In this document: piece by piece, positions 1 to 12,680 of the stretch | Position numbering within the stretch: the stretch's first letter is position 1 | Layout: each line of letters begins with the position of its first letter | Assembly (NCBI RefSeq): GCF_001194135.2 | Contig: NC_068983.1 | Location: 93,591,481 to 93,655,480 of the forward strand | Length of the DNA: 64,000 nucleotides | DNA from: Octopus bimaculoides | Lineage: Eukaryota | Reading direction: 5' to 3' | Made by a program: the position numbers and the translations under genes | Notes under the pieces: model-generated | Database searches by the model: none | Told to the model about the DNA's origin: nothing | The model's input: the letters and a program-made list of their open reading frames with translations, nothing else

Positions 1-730
1 GCATCTGCTTTGACAGGGTCACCAAGTACTTGCACGATAAAAACAATCTCTTTTGGGAGGAGAGTGGGTATTTGAGAAGGTGATTTTGTGTCAGATGATG
101 AAAGGTTATAATGAAACTGTGACAGAAACAGGTGTCTTGCTGTAGAGGAGGTACATGGTTACCCGACCAGAGAGAGAGAGGGCCAAAAAGAGAGAGAAGG
201 CTGAAGAGAGAGTGAGACCAGGAATGAAGACAGAAGCAGGTGCGCTGCCGCAAAGGAAATACAAGGTTACCCAACCTGAGGGAAATGCAGGGGAAGGAGA
301 GAGAGAGTGGGTACAGCAGGATAGAGATGGTGGCAAAGTGCTGAGTATACTCACAAGGGATAGGGATCAGAATATAAATGGGATGGTTGAGTAAAGGAAA
401 AGAGAAATATAGATGGTGGCAAGTGTCAAGGCATACCCTTCAGGTTCGGACACTATAATATAAGTGGCAGGATATTGTGAAAGAAGCGTAATTAAAGAGT
501 GCAGAGGTGGGGAGTGAGTGGCAAGAACCTGGATATATATAGAGTCGGGGCGGGGGGGCTACCAGACAGCAATGATGCAGAGGAACAGGGCCATGAAGAC
601 TGAATTTGGGAGTGAGAGCTAGGCATAGTGTATGACGGAGGAAATGTGAGGAAGAGAAGAGATGTAGAGATGTAGATTGGTTTGTTGGGGTATGGTGAGG
701 GAAAAGTTTTCTTGTTACATGTGGGTGGAA

Positions 731-897
731 CACACAGGTTGGGGGGCTAGCAGATAGCAATGATACTATGAGACAGGGCATGTGGCTGGGGCACACAGGT
801 TGGGGGATAGCAGATAGCAATGATACAATGAGACAGGGCATGTGGCTGGGACACACAGGTTGGGGGCTAGCAGATAGCAATGATATGGTACAGTGAG
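731..897. repeat. ~60-bp minisatellite, ~2.7 copies
   Basis: Unit CACACAGGTTGGGGGCTAGCAGATAGCAATGATAC(T/A)ATGAGACAGGGCATGTGGCTGGG(G/A) recurs at about 731, 792 and 852. Confidence 0.9.
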
Positions 898-1029
898 ACA
901 GAGTCAAAAGGACAGGATTGGTGAGTGGGAGGTAAGCATAGTGCATGAAGTGGAAATGCGAAGAAGAGAAAAGATATAGTTTGGTTTGTTGTGGTAGGGT
1001 GTGTGAGAAGTAGCTGCTGTAATTAAATG

Positions 1030-1750
1030 TGAGCAAAACTGCACACCTCACTAGCTTATCCTTGATGCCACTTATCCTTCTTATTCACCCAGAATCATTT
1101 CACTTGTTATCCATCTTTCATTCTCAATACTGTCCTCTCCATTCACATTTTACATTGATCACCCTTCTGAGTCACCAAATTATTTCTCCTCATGTCTATC
1201 TCTCTCCTCACCCATCATATCTGCCTCACACTCTTACAACCTGCCTTATCACATGTCATCTCTTTCTTTCGCACTCTCTCTCTCTCACTCTTTCTCTCTC
1301 ACTCTTTCTCCCCCTCTCTCTCCCCTCTCTCCCACCAGCTTTCATTCTTCCCCTGTCTATTCTATCATTATTATTACTCTTCAAACTGCACCCCACCTCT
1401 TTTTCAGCACTTAGCCATCTTCTTACTTCCACCTAACACATGTGTCACTGACCACCCCTAAGCCCTATCCAATTTCTACAGTTGTCACCTAATTTTCCTC
1501 TTCCTTACTTTCCCTGCTTATCATCCCTCAATGATTGTTTCACATAACATTCACTCTCTCTCACCATTTTCCATCTCTAACCGTCTCTCACATCTACCAT
1601 ACACTCTTACAACCTCTACTCACTCACATTCACATTCTCCTTTCCCAACCCACTTCTATTCACCTCCTGTGTTGTGTCTCTTCTGTCTAACACCTTATCA
1701 CCACTATTTTTATCTCAGTCCAACCCCACCCTGACCACTCCTACCCTCTC
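1030..1750. repeat. Pyrimidine-rich (CT/CA) low-complexity tract
   Basis: Long CTCT/CACT-rich runs; the overlapping ORFs are L/S/H-rich compositional artefacts. Confidence 0.65.
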
Positions 1751-1759
1751 TTCTATAAT

Positions 1760-1980
1760 GTGAGTTGCTGTGCAGCTCCTCCACAGCAAGAGACTTTTTC
1801 TATGGCAACCTCAATAGTGTTGCTTTCATGAAAAAGGCACCCATTACATTCTGTTAAGTTTTGTAGAAATCAGACACTGGATCATGATGCAATCTTCAAG
1901 TATATGACCTGTCAGATCCTGACGAACCACCCAACCCATACGAGCATGAAACATGGAGGCTAAATGATGATAATGATGAT
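1760..1980 (+). mobile_element. RTE LINE 3' end with (GAT)n tail
   Basis: Ends AACCCATACGAGCATGAAACATGGAGGCTAAATGATGATAATGATGAT, the same terminus as the ORF-bearing RTE at 23175-23898. Confidence 0.65.
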
Positions 1981-1982
1981 AT

Positions 1983-2357
1983 AGGTGTGGATATGGCTTT
2001 GTGGTAAGAAGCTTGCTTCCCAACCTCATGGTTCCAGGTTCAGTTCCATTGCATGGCACCTTGGGCAACTGTCTGCTACTATAGCCTTGGGCTGACCAAA
2101 GCCTTGGGCTGACCAAAGCCTTGGGCTGACCAAAGCCTTGTGAATGGATTTGATAGACAGAAACTGAAAAGAAGCTCATCATATGTGTGTGTCTGTGTTT
2201 GCCCCCACCACTGCTTGACAGCTAGTGTTGGTGTGTTTATGTCCCCATAACCTAGCAGTTTGGCAAAAGTATTTGATAAAAAAAGTCCCAGGCTCTCTTC
2301 AAGGTAATGCCCCTGCATTGCCACAGTCTAATGACTGAAACAAGTAAAAAATAAAAC
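1983..2357 (+). mobile_element. tRNA-derived SINE family A, full length
   Basis: Head GTGGTAAGAAGCTTGCTTCCCAAC..GGTTCAGTTCC (B-box-like), central microsatellite, tail ..TGACTGAAACAAGTAAAA; internal 17-bp triplication. Confidence 0.85.
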
Positions 2358-2993
2358 AAATAAAAGATATATCCATACATACACACATCCACACACACGT
2401 GCATATCTGTACAGATATGTATGTATATTTGTGTGTGTTTGTATATATGTGTATGTATGTGTGTATATAATACAGTTAGAGGGGTACTTGTGGCTGTATT
2501 GCCACTCTTGTGTGTGCCTCTCTGCTTTGTGTATCACTTTTAATTCATAGTAGTCTACAAACGAAGAATATTGCCATTTAAGATTGGATTCTTACTCTTG
2601 TATGCAAGCTGATTTATTTTCCTGTCATAAAAATGTGTAGATATATTTGCATTGCATCTAGTGATTGAATCAGTATGCCTATTTAATGTATGTTGGCATG
2701 ATATGGATGTAGGTTTCTCTTTTGATAGAGCTACTCCAATTTTCAGTGAGCCCATTTACCATATTCTGATCAGTCTGCCATGTCAGTTTTGGTAAGGTTT
2801 GTGTACTGTCCTTCTTGGCACCTTATATACCACATCTCAGCCCTTTAGCATTTAATCATTTCACATTTAATCTAGCTATATCTGATCCAAATATTCTACC
2901 TGTTTTATGTCCAGATTGACCAGATCTGTCCTCATCTCCTGCTACAATGTAATTTTAAAAATATATAATCACATCATTGACATCTCAAATATA

Positions 2994-3375
2994 CAGGGTG
3001 TCCCCAAAGTCTGGGTACATGGGGATTAACACATACTTTAAAAAATTATTATTTCTTATATTTAATTGTTTATGTTATGATTTTATTTACTCCATGTACC
3101 CACATGGGGATTAACACATACTTTAAGAAATTATTATTTCTTATATTTAATTGTTTATGTTATGATTTTATTTACTCCATGTACCCACATGGGGATTAAC
3201 ACATACTTTAAGAAATTATTATTTCTTATATTTAATTGTTTATGTTATGATTTTATTTACTCCATGTACCCACATGGGGATTAACACATACTTTAAGAAA
3301 TTATTATTTCTTATATTTAATTGTTTATGTTATGATTTTATTTACTCCATGTACCCAGTTTTTGTGGACACCCTG
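2994..3375. mobile_element. Tc1/mariner-type MITE with tandem-amplified interior
   Basis: TA flanks at 2992-2993 and 3376-3377; ~29-bp TIRs CAGGGTGTCCCCAAAGTCTGGGTACATGG / CCATGTACCCAGTTTTTGTGGACACCCTG. Confidence 0.85.
3018..3357. repeat. 4 x 85-bp tandem repeat
   Basis: Units start at 3018, 3103, 3188 and 3273; copies 2-4 are identical and copy 1 differs by one base. Confidence 0.95.
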
Positions 3376-3482
3376 TATAATCACATCAATGACATCATTG
3401 ACAAGACTGCATGGTAAATTCAAAACAATGTGAATAAATAAACGTTACTTTTGATAGAATAATGTGAATGCTAAAGGGTTAA

Positions 3483-3686
3483 ACTAGGTATGTCTAGTTC
3501 AAATATTCTACCTGCTTTAACTTCAAACCAACCAGATCTGGCCTGTCACACCTACCTTACAATGTCATTCTAAAAATAAACAATCATATCATTGTAATCT
3601 GGAAGCTATGAGATAATGTATAGTTAATTCAAAACAATGTGAATAATAAGAATTACATTTGACAGAGCAATCTGAATACTTAAGGG
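3483..3686. mobile_element. piggyBac-like MITE family D, second tandem copy
   Basis: Shares AAATATTCTACCTG..CCAGATCTG..TACAATGT..TTCAAAACAATGTGAATAA with 2841-3478; ends AATACTTAAGGG. Confidence 0.65.
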
Positions 3687-4011
3687 TTAGCTTGATAAGT
3701 GGATTTCGCAAACATCTGGCTATTCATTTTACTGGTGTATTGTTCAAAAGTTTAGGACTTACAGATGATTTATCTCATTGATCTACTTGTTTTGCATTGA
3801 TTTTGGCAGTGAAATTGGTTTCTCACCAGATTTTCTTATGCCTGTTAGCTATTTCACAATTCAGCATGGCATCTACACAAACACTATGCTATCAATTTTT
3901 TTATTATCATACAACTTACAGGTCTTAGCTATTTAATTATCTTGTTAACATGCTTCATAATACTTGTAAACATGCTTCAAAATATTTATCTCATTGTAAC
4001 GTTATATGTGA

Positions 4012-4160
4012 CTGTGTAGTTAAAAAAACTCTCTTTGCAACTGTGTGATTTCAGGTTTAGTCCCATGGTGCGGCACCTTAGGCAAGTATTTTCTACTATT
4101 GCCCCAGGCCAACCAATGGCTAATGAGTGAATTTAGTTGATAGAATCTGAGTTGAAGTCC
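4012..4160 (+). mobile_element. SINE family A head fragment (diverged)
   Basis: GGTTTAGTCCCATGGTGCGGCACCTTAGGCAAGTATTTTCTACTAT. Confidence 0.65.
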
Positions 4161-4170
4161 TTTGTGTGTA

Positions 4171-4612
4171 TATCTTTTATTTTTTACTTGTGTCAGTCAT
4201 TAGTCTGTGGCCATGCTGGGGTACTACCTTGAAGAAATTTAGTTGAGTGAATTGACCCCAGAACTTATTTTTTTGTTAAGCCTGGTACTATTCTATTGGT
4301 CTCTTTTACTGAACCATGAAGTTGTGGGTTTGTAATCACACCAACACCAGTTGTCAGGCAGTGATGAGGGACAAAACTCAGATACAATCTCAGACAGAAA
4401 CACCCCCACACACACATGCACACGCACCCATGCATGTGCACACACACACACATACTATTGGGCTCCTTTCAGTTTCTCTCACCTAAATCCATCCACAAGG
4501 CTGTGATTGGCCTGAGGTTATAGTTAAAGACACTTGCTCAAGGTGCCACACAGTGGGACTGAACCTGGAACCACGTGGTTGGGAAGCAAACTTCTTACCG
4601 CACAGCCATGTC
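4171..4612 (-). mobile_element. SINE family A
   Basis: Reverse complement of family A tail, (CA)n middle and head (GGGACTGAACCTGGAACCACGTGGTTGGGAAGCAAACTTCTTACC). Confidence 0.8.
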
Positions 4613-4624
4613 AGCACACACATA

Positions 4625-4925
4625 CTCTTTCACTCTTTTGCTTGTTTCAGTCATTTGACTGTGGCCATGCTGGAGCACCGCCTTTTAGTCGAGCAAATCG
4701 ACCCCAGGACTTATTCTTTGTAAGCCTAGTACTTATTCTATCAGTCTCTTTTGCCGAACTGCTAAGTTATGGGGATGTAAACACACCAGCATTGGTTGTC
4801 AAGCGATGTTGGTGGGACAAACACAGACACACAAAGACACACATATATATATACATATACATATATACGATGGACTTCTTTCAGTTTCCATCTACCAAAT
4901 CCACTCACAAGGCTTTGGTCAGCCC
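4625..4925 (-). mobile_element. SINE family A, young copy truncated by a gap
   Basis: CpG-retaining GGAGCACCGCCTTTTAGTCGAGCAAATCGACCCCAGGAC. Confidence 0.85.
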
Positions 4926-5205
4926 NNNNNNNNNNNNNNNNNNNNNNNNNNNNNNNNNNNNNNNNNNNNNNNNNNNNNNNNNNNNNNNNNNNNNNNNNNN
5001 NNNNNNNNNNNNNNNNNNNNNNNNNNNNNNNNNNNNNNNNNNNNNNNNNNNNNNNNNNNNNNNNNNNNNNNNNNNNNNNNNNNNNNNNNNNNNNNNNNNN
5101 NNNNNNNNNNNNNNNNNNNNNNNNNNNNNNNNNNNNNNNNNNNNNNNNNNNNNNNNNNNNNNNNNNNNNNNNNNNNNNNNNNNNNNNNNNNNNNNNNNNN
5201 NNNNN

Positions 5206-5500
5206 CAGGTCTTCCTGGGCCTACCTCTTCCACGGGTTCCCTCAACTGTTAGGGTGTGGCACTTTTTCACGTAGCTATCCTCATCCATTCTCACCACATG
5301 TCCATACCAGCGCAATCGTCTCTCTTGCACATCACAACTGATGCTTCTAATGTTCAGCTTTTCTCTCAAGATACTTACACTCTGACGGGTATTCACATTG
5401 ACATTACACATCCAACGGAGCATACTGGCTTCATTCCTTGCGAGCTTACGTATGTCCTCAGCAGTTACAGCCCATGTTTCACTGCCATGTAGCATGACTG
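5206..5500 (-). mobile_element. RTE LINE ORF2 C-terminal fragment
   Basis: MLHGSETWAVT...MLRWMC...ERRLRWYGHVVRM...RGRGRPRKT is the typical RTE post-RT region. Confidence 0.9.
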
Positions 5501-6686
5501 TTCATAAATTTATTTATGAGGCTAGAAATGGATATTAATCAATTTGAACCAGTGGTCTAGCATATTAAAAAAAGATCCGAAGATTAAAATTATATTATAT
5601 ACCTGGTCATCCCTTGTGTAAGAGAAAAAAGCTAGGTCAGTTCCTCCTCAACTTTTTGCGAACTCTTAAATATATTTCCTGGGTATATATATACATATTT
5701 TACCAAATCCTTTTTGTTATAACAATGTTGTAAACTGTTTCAAACATATTCTTATTATTATTATCAAAGAATGTATATATGTATTTTGATACTTAAACTG
5801 TTTCTAACATTTTCTATTATTATCAAAGAATATGTATATGTATTTTTCCATATACGTATTTTTCCATATATGTATTTTCATACTTACACTGTTTTTAACA
5901 TTTTCGTCTTATTATCAGAGAATGTATATATGTATTTCAATACCTTTGTGATAATCAGTATGTAACACTACAAAGCTCATACNNNNNNNNNNNNNNNNNN
6001 NNNNNNNNNNNNNNNNNNNNNNNNNNNNNNNNNNNNNNNNNNNNNNNNNNNNNNNNNNNNNNNNNNNNNNNNNNNNNNNNNNNNNNNNNNNNNNNNNNNN
6101 NNNNNNNNNNNNNNNNNNNNNNNNNNNNNNNNNNNNNNNNNNNNNNNNNNNNNNNNNNNNNNNNNNNNNNNNNNNNNNNNNNNNNNNNNNNNNNNNNNNN
6201 NNNNNNNNNNNNNNNNNNNNNNNNNNNNNNNNNNNNNNNNNNNNNNNNNNNNNNNNNNNNNNNNNNNNNNNNNNNNNNNNNNNNNNNNNNNNNNNNNNNN
6301 NNNNNNNNNNNNNNNNNNNNNNNNNNNNNNNNNNNNNNNNNNNNNNNNNNNNNNNNNNNNNNNNNNNNNNNNNNNNNNNNNNNNNNNNNNNNNNNNNNNN
6401 NNNNNNNNNNNNNNNNNNNNNNNNNNNNNNNNNNNNNNNNNNNNNNNNNNNNNNNNNNNNNNNNNNNNNNNNNNNNNNNNNNNNNNNNNNNNNNNNNNNN
6501 NNNNNNNNNNNNNNNNNNNNNNNNNNNNNNNNNNNNNNNNNNNNNNNNNNNNNNNNNNNNNNNNNNNNNNNNNNNNNNNNNNNNNNNNNNNNNNNNNNNN
6601 NNNNNNNNNNNNNNNNNNNNNNNNNNNNNNNNNNNNNNNNNNNNNNNNNNNNNNNNNNNNNNNNNNNNNNNNNNNNNNNNNNNNNN

Positions 6687-6815
6687 TTATGTCCTCATGA
6701 CTTACTGGTTTGGCAAAAAATAAATACCTGGGTTGATTTTTTTTTACTAAACCCTTCAAAGTGGTGTCCCAACATGGTTACAGTCCAATGAGTGAAACAA
6801 GTAAAATATAAAAGA
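6687..6815 (+). mobile_element. SINE family A tail
   Basis: ..CAACATGGTTACAGTCCAATGAGTGAAACAAGTAAAATATAAAAG. Confidence 0.7.
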
Positions 6816-7727
6816 TATATATAGTGTGATCTAAGGTCTCTTTTGTGTGGTTTGTTATTTATGTATCCAGCCTTAGCACTGATAGTGAGGGCTGATCTTC
6901 CGTGGATGAGCAGATCTCTGCAAGTGGCTATCTCATGAAATTTGGTTTTGATGATGTTAACTCCCTCTGTGATTGTGAGTTAGAAGTCAAGTGGAAGGAG
7001 GGATGTAGGTGATTTCTTTTTCATCAACACTGGCCTTCTAGATCTAGGCAAGTCCTCAACTGAACTTGTAGCTTTGAATCACATGAAAGTTACATTGCTA
7101 GGCGAGCTCTGATCTTTTAGATTTTTCCATCATTTTTGAGTAATGAATACACTAGGTTTGGGCAACCATTGTTGAAAAGTGGACTGCATGGCACATGGCT
7201 CATCATTAAATGAGCCACACTACTTTAAAAATTAAGAGTTCAAGGTAATTTTTTGTTAGGCATGTCATTCATAAAGTCTTGTGAGCTGCAGTTTTCCCAT
7301 GACTGGAATGTACTATGTACTCTTGTCTCTTGATAATGGCTACCAAAAGATATGCACAACAAAGTAGCAAAGTGTATTAAAAACATATAAATACAAAATT
7401 GTAGCAAATGAAAATAAAAATGTTATATATTACCTAAATGCTAAAAGGACTTCTAAATTTGTGTGTGTGTGAAAATAAAATTATTTTAAAGCAAGTTGAA
7501 GAGTAATAGAACATGTATTAATGAGGTGACACTATATCATCACAAGATGTATGTACATACATACATACATACATACATGTATGCATGCATACATGCAAAA
7601 CATACATAGTTTTATATATTTATATGTAGATTTATGGAAATCTCACTTACTAGGGAAGCAGATTTCATAAGAGGTTTTCAGGATTAGCTGTTCTAATTTC
7701 AAAGCTGTTGTGTGTGTGTGTATGTTA

Positions 7728-7953
7728 TTTCTTTACTACCCACAAGGGGCTACACAGAGAGGGGACAAACAAGGACAGACAAACGGATTAAGTCGATTAT
7801 ATCGACCCCAGTTCGTAACTGGTACTTATTTAATCGACCCCGAAAGGATGAAAGGCAAAGTCGACCTCGGCGGAATTTGAACTCAGAACGTAACGGCAGA
7901 CGAAATACCGCTAAGTATTTCGCTCGGCGTGCTAACGATTCTGCCAGCTCGCT
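7728..7953 (-). mobile_element. tRNA-derived SINE family B, young copy
   Basis: Minus strand reads GCGAGCTGGCAGAATCGTTAGCACGCCGAGCG..GAGTTCAAATTCCGCCGAGGTCGACTTTGCCTTTCATCCTTTCGGGGTCG; A/B-box-like motifs, CpGs intact. Confidence 0.9.
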
Positions 7954-8980
7954 TGTGTGTGTGTGTGTGTGTGTGTACATACGCTGGTTTCTGTTTGCAT
8001 ACATATGTCTGCATGCACACGCACACACACACACACACACAATCACTGAGATAAATTTTGGATTGATTTCTCCAATCATGCTTCACATTGTATAGAGATA
8101 GGTTGAGAGAAAGCAAAAGAAAGATACAGAGAGAGTTAATATAAGAAGTGTAGGATGAGTGCACATACTTGGCTTGGTGGTAGGCAATGAGAGAGAAAAG
8201 CATAGACAAAAGAAAAGAGAAGGAAGGGGAGAGGTAGTAAATGACAGAGGAGAGAGGAATGAAAGCACAACAGTTCAAACAGTGTAATAAAGTATGAAAA
8301 AATGTAGTAGAAACAAACATTATAAAGCAAAGTAGAAAAAGTGAAAGGAAGAGTGGGAGAAAGCAATAGGTTGAGAGATAGACAGAGGAGATGAGGCAGT
8401 CTTTTATAAAAGAATTGTGGAAAAAAATTAAAGCATATCATACATGAAAAGTTATTTGAAAAACAATGAAAATTGTGTAACAAAGGCAAGATTCATCAAT
8501 TGAAAAAGTATCTAAACAGTTTGAAATGTAAAACAATGTTTTATATTTGTCTCTATAAAATAAAATTTTATAAAGATGAATAAGCATAACTGTAAATATG
8601 TTTGTATCAAATGTAAACAGAGAAATATGGTCTTATTATGTAAAGTGAGAATGACACACTCAGAAATGTGCGTGTATAAATATCAATGCACAAAATACAT
8701 ATAAACATAAACATGCTTACACAAATGCTCACAGACACATATGCATTCACAAATATGCATTCACACAGATATGCATATAGACATTCCTACATATTCATGC
8801 ACGTACACATACACAATACATTAATTTTAAGTTAATACATATTTTTCTTTGAAAATATGTATGCATTTCATCATTTTGTACAAACACCAAGCAATTTGAT
8901 AGCAGTTAAATCATTTTCTGTAATTACCCATAGTAGCCAAATTATATTTCCGAAGTTATCTGTCATATGATGGGTAACAC

Positions 8981-9024
<44 letters not shown>
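8981..9024. repeat. (GT)n microsatellite
   Basis: Direct reading. Confidence 0.95.
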
Positions 9025-9027
<3 letters not shown>

Positions 9028-10307
9028 AAAACAAAACAGCTATTTGATCAAGTTCCTGTGACTTATTTCTTGTCAAAGTTACTCACAGACAAAGAAATGT
9101 CTACATAGAAGTAATCTTGAGGAAGATTGTGTGTCCAACATTAAATACCTTAGCTTTCAGCTATCAATTAATTCTCAAGAAGGAGAGATATTACAAGAAA
9201 GCTGGTATCTTTGTTGGGCTGAGTTTCTACACATTTGACACTCATAAATGTACATGCTGCACTTAATACTTTTTTAATTTAATATCTTTGATGTCACAAC
9301 TAATAAGGACAGCTTCTATATCAGCTGTTAGAGACAGGAAGTAATTCTTGCAAGGGTCGCTTATGTTTACTCCTTTAGATCAGATGTCCGGAGTTAACAC
9401 AGAGTGGTTGAGAGAAAGGACAGCAATGATCTCTTATTTCTTGCTTCAGCAGAGAGACTTACTGAAACATTTAAAATGCAATAAGATCCAAATGGGTGTT
9501 AGCATTGTCACATAGTTACAAAGTATGCTTTATAATCTTGTAGTTTGTGCTAGATCCTACAGCATGGCACTCTGGTAAGTGCCTTTTACTACAACCTCAG
9601 ATTGATTCAAGTCTTGTAAGTGAAATTGAGTAAATGGAAATTCTATGGAGGATGTTTTGGGCTGGTAGACAATAACAGTGGAGTAGATGTAATTTGTTAC
9701 TCTGTTTAACATCAGCACTTGGCCTTTATGTGGTTTTTTGCTGAGTCCACTCTGTTACGAGCTTGGTCACTGTCTGAGTATCTCAGTATCTTGAGGTATT
9801 ATTTCCTATAGCAGCAACTCATAAGTCATGTCTTCTTCCATTTCTATCTCTAATCTCTTAGAGTTCTTGAAAATAGTTAGGGTTGCTTCCTTAGCCATCA
9901 AAAAAAAAAAAAAAAAAAGTATGACTCATAATATAATAGTTTGAAGAAAGAATACTGCATGTATCAGCCTATTGCATGAACCAAATACTACATTTTATCT
10001 TGACTGCATAGCAGACGAGCTATGAGTTTCCCACTAAAACAGAAATTCTAAAGCAACTCCATGGGCTATTATATTTCATGAAACACAGCTAAAGCATGCT
10101 ATACCATATCACCCGAAAATGAAAAGAATTAATGTCACAGATCCATATCAAGAAGAACATTTGAATTGTCTGAGAGCTTTTCATAGATGAGTTGTTTGTA
10201 TGTTCTTCAGAGATTCTGATCTTTCATGTGGGTAAACATCAAGGTTGCTCCAGATCATGTATAACACTCACCAAGAAATGTTCAAGACTTTACTCTTACC
10301 ATCTTTA

Positions 10308-10372
10308 GTCCTCAGTCAAATCGTCCAACCCATGCTAACATGGAAAGCGGACGTTAAATGATGATGATGATG
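10308..10372 (+). mobile_element. 5'-truncated RTE 3' end with 7-bp target-site duplication
   Basis: ATCTTTA at 10301-10307 and 10373-10379 flanks GTCCTCAGTCAAATCGTCCAACCCATGC..GGACGTTAAA(TGA)n. Confidence 0.9.
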
Positions 10373-11069
10373 ATCTTTATAAAATGAGAGTCTTCCAGTA
10401 ATGATAGAAAGCTCATCAACTACACGAACTAGTTTACACTCATTATTTGAAACAATTTTATTACAACATGGTGTATTTGGATCTTGATGCCTTTTCTCCA
10501 TATTGACTGCAAAGATATAGTCTGAAAGATAAAGTCTGAAATACTGAACTGAGTGTTTCAATGACATTATGCCAGACATCCTAAACAAAGACTGTTCACT
10601 GATTTCATTATAATTTTGACATCCTCTAAATACTCTTTTTTAATGAACTAGGGAAAGCAAGAGTACCAGTCAAAGACAGACTCTTGTCAGATTTTTCAGG
10701 TGTTGAAATATCTAACTGGTAAGATGATTTACAGAACTGTTCTATTTAATTAAGTCAAGCTTGCTGTTTTGTGGATACCTGCATGACACACCTCTGAAGA
10801 ATAAAAAAGATGAAACTGTAATAAAGTGGATATTTCTTTTTAGTATTGGTAAGATCTAATTCTTTTTGTTAATACAGTCTACTCATAGAAAAAGTAGTTT
10901 TGTCATACTGTCATTTTTATTGTCAGCCAGTGCCAAATCTTGGAAAATCTTTTATTATCCATAGAATACACTCCAAGTTAGATATAACAAATATGATTAA
11001 TTTACTGACTCTCTCATTAATAAAAAGAATCTGATAGTAGTGAGGCATCTTTTAGTTTGCTTCTGTATT

Positions 11070-11600
11070 CATTTATATTTTTTGCTTTCCTTTCTCTGCA
11101 TCAATGACCCATTCAATGGTTTCTCCAGTAGAACACATTCGTATGCAGATAATACATTCCTTCATTCCATAATAATGTTTGCACACATCACCTACACACA
11201 TCATTCTCCAATGAGGATACTATTAACATGGTCTCTGTTAACAACACCAAAACACTATCACTATACACATCAAAGTATACACCTATAACATTACACACTC
11301 TCTACACATCAGTAATTAGAAGCTCCACAACTTTAACTAAGGCTACACTTTGCAATCTTTGATGAGCTTTCATATCTACATATCAAAGTTGCATCTCAAA
11401 GTCTTCATTTTATCTTCAGGACTTGAAAATATTTCAATCTAGATCAGTTGCAGACTTTCTATAAAGCTCAACTGAACCTATATTAGTGTATTGCTGACAT
11501 ATCTAAAGTAGTAGTGCTGGTACACAAACATCACACATCAAATCTCAAAATGGACTATCTGATTGAATAAAAAAACCTTTACTCACTGAACACACTTCAT
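11070..11600 (+). mobile_element. Degraded CR1/Jockey-like LINE reverse transcriptase remnant
   Basis: FLCINDPFNGFSSRTHSYADNTFLH resembles the L(F/L)INDL..HSYADD motif; a downstream KYFNLDQLQTFYKAQL-like segment follows with frameshifts. Confidence 0.65.
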
Positions 11601-11747
11601 TTACTACCTTATTGGTGTGTTCTGAGTCCTTTATTTTTTACATTAACTAGTTGGATGGACAGTCAACTGCTGATGTTATACCATTTATTTTATTAAAGGT
11701 TTTCATTGATGACCAGCTGCTGAAAATGTGGCGTTTTTTTTACTTAA

Positions 11748-11967
11748 CCCTTTAACATTCATATTATTCTGTCAAATGTAATACTTATTTATTCACATTG
11801 CTTTGAATTAATCATGCATTAGCTCATAGCTTTGAGATTGTAATGATATGATTGCGTATTTTTAAAATGACATTGTAAGGTAGGTGTAAGAGGCCAAGTT
11901 CTGACAGTTTGAACATAAAACAGGTAAAATATTAGGGCCAAATATAGCTGGTTTAGATGCTAAAGCG
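11748..11967. mobile_element. piggyBac-like MITE family D (opposite orientation to 2841)
   Basis: TTAA|CCCTTTAACATT ... GATGCTAAAGCG; body matches 58569-58788. Confidence 0.75.
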
Positions 11968-12239
11968 TTCAAGTTAGTTTGGTATTTGGTAAACTCATAT
12001 TACCTGAAGCACAATTATGAGATCAGACCAAGCTAGATGCTTTTACTAGAAATGATATTTCAAAAGGCAAAAACTTGGTGATAAGAGCTTTAACATAAGG
12101 GAGACAAGAGCACTTATACCTACGTGGGTTGGTGGTATTACAGCACTTTGGTTCTTTGAAACCTAAGTTATTGCAGAACCTAGTTTTAGCTTGTGAAAGT
12201 GAGAATAAAAGTTTGAGCTATTACACAACTTTTAATTCT

Positions 12240-12680
12240 ACTTTTCTTTCAATCTTTCCAAGAACTATAACTTGATTCATATCTTTCTCTTCATTACTCT
12301 AGAGAATAATCTTAATTCTTTCAACCTATTACAGCAGTACAGCTGTTGCATAGTATCAATATTCTTCATGCATGTCTGTTAGATTGCCTCTTGGTCATTA
12401 GTGAACTTGATACTGTAGAGACCATAGTTCATAGCAGTAGTCGAGATAACTGAAAACAACTGGCTTTAAGATCAACATGACTTTTTCTTCTCTTCAAAAT
12501 GTTCTTAGGAATAATCCTACAAGTCGTCTGCACAGTGGTTCTATTTTGGTAATTATAATTTGAAGAGTAATTATTGTATTCAGTCTGATCTCTTCATTTC
12601 TAGATGTCAGAGAGAAAATTAACTTGTCTTTTGGTTCTCTTCATTATTCCAAGATTCTGCTTAACATTGCTGTTTCCAAA
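12240..12680 (-). mobile_element. Degraded CR1 LINE ORF2 C-terminal remnant
   Basis: Minus strand gives CRRLVGLFLRTF, VFSYLDYCYELWS and RLKELRLFS-like pieces, resembling CR1 HLDYCSQLWSP/ERLKEL motifs. Confidence 0.6.

Larger units (their letters stand above)
2841..3478. mobile_element. piggyBac-like MITE (family D), interrupted by a Tc1-type MITE
   Basis: Termini CCCTTTAGCATT ... AATGCTAAAGGG followed by TTAA; related bodies at 3483, 11748 and 58569. Confidence 0.7.

Noticed and set aside
3018-3357. Regular repeats suggestive of a CRISPR array
   Set aside because: Contiguous identical units with no spacers, inside a MITE in animal DNA.
9900-9918. Poly(A) run suggesting a processed pseudogene
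   Set aside because: No upstream polyadenylation signal, TSD or recognisable ORF on +.
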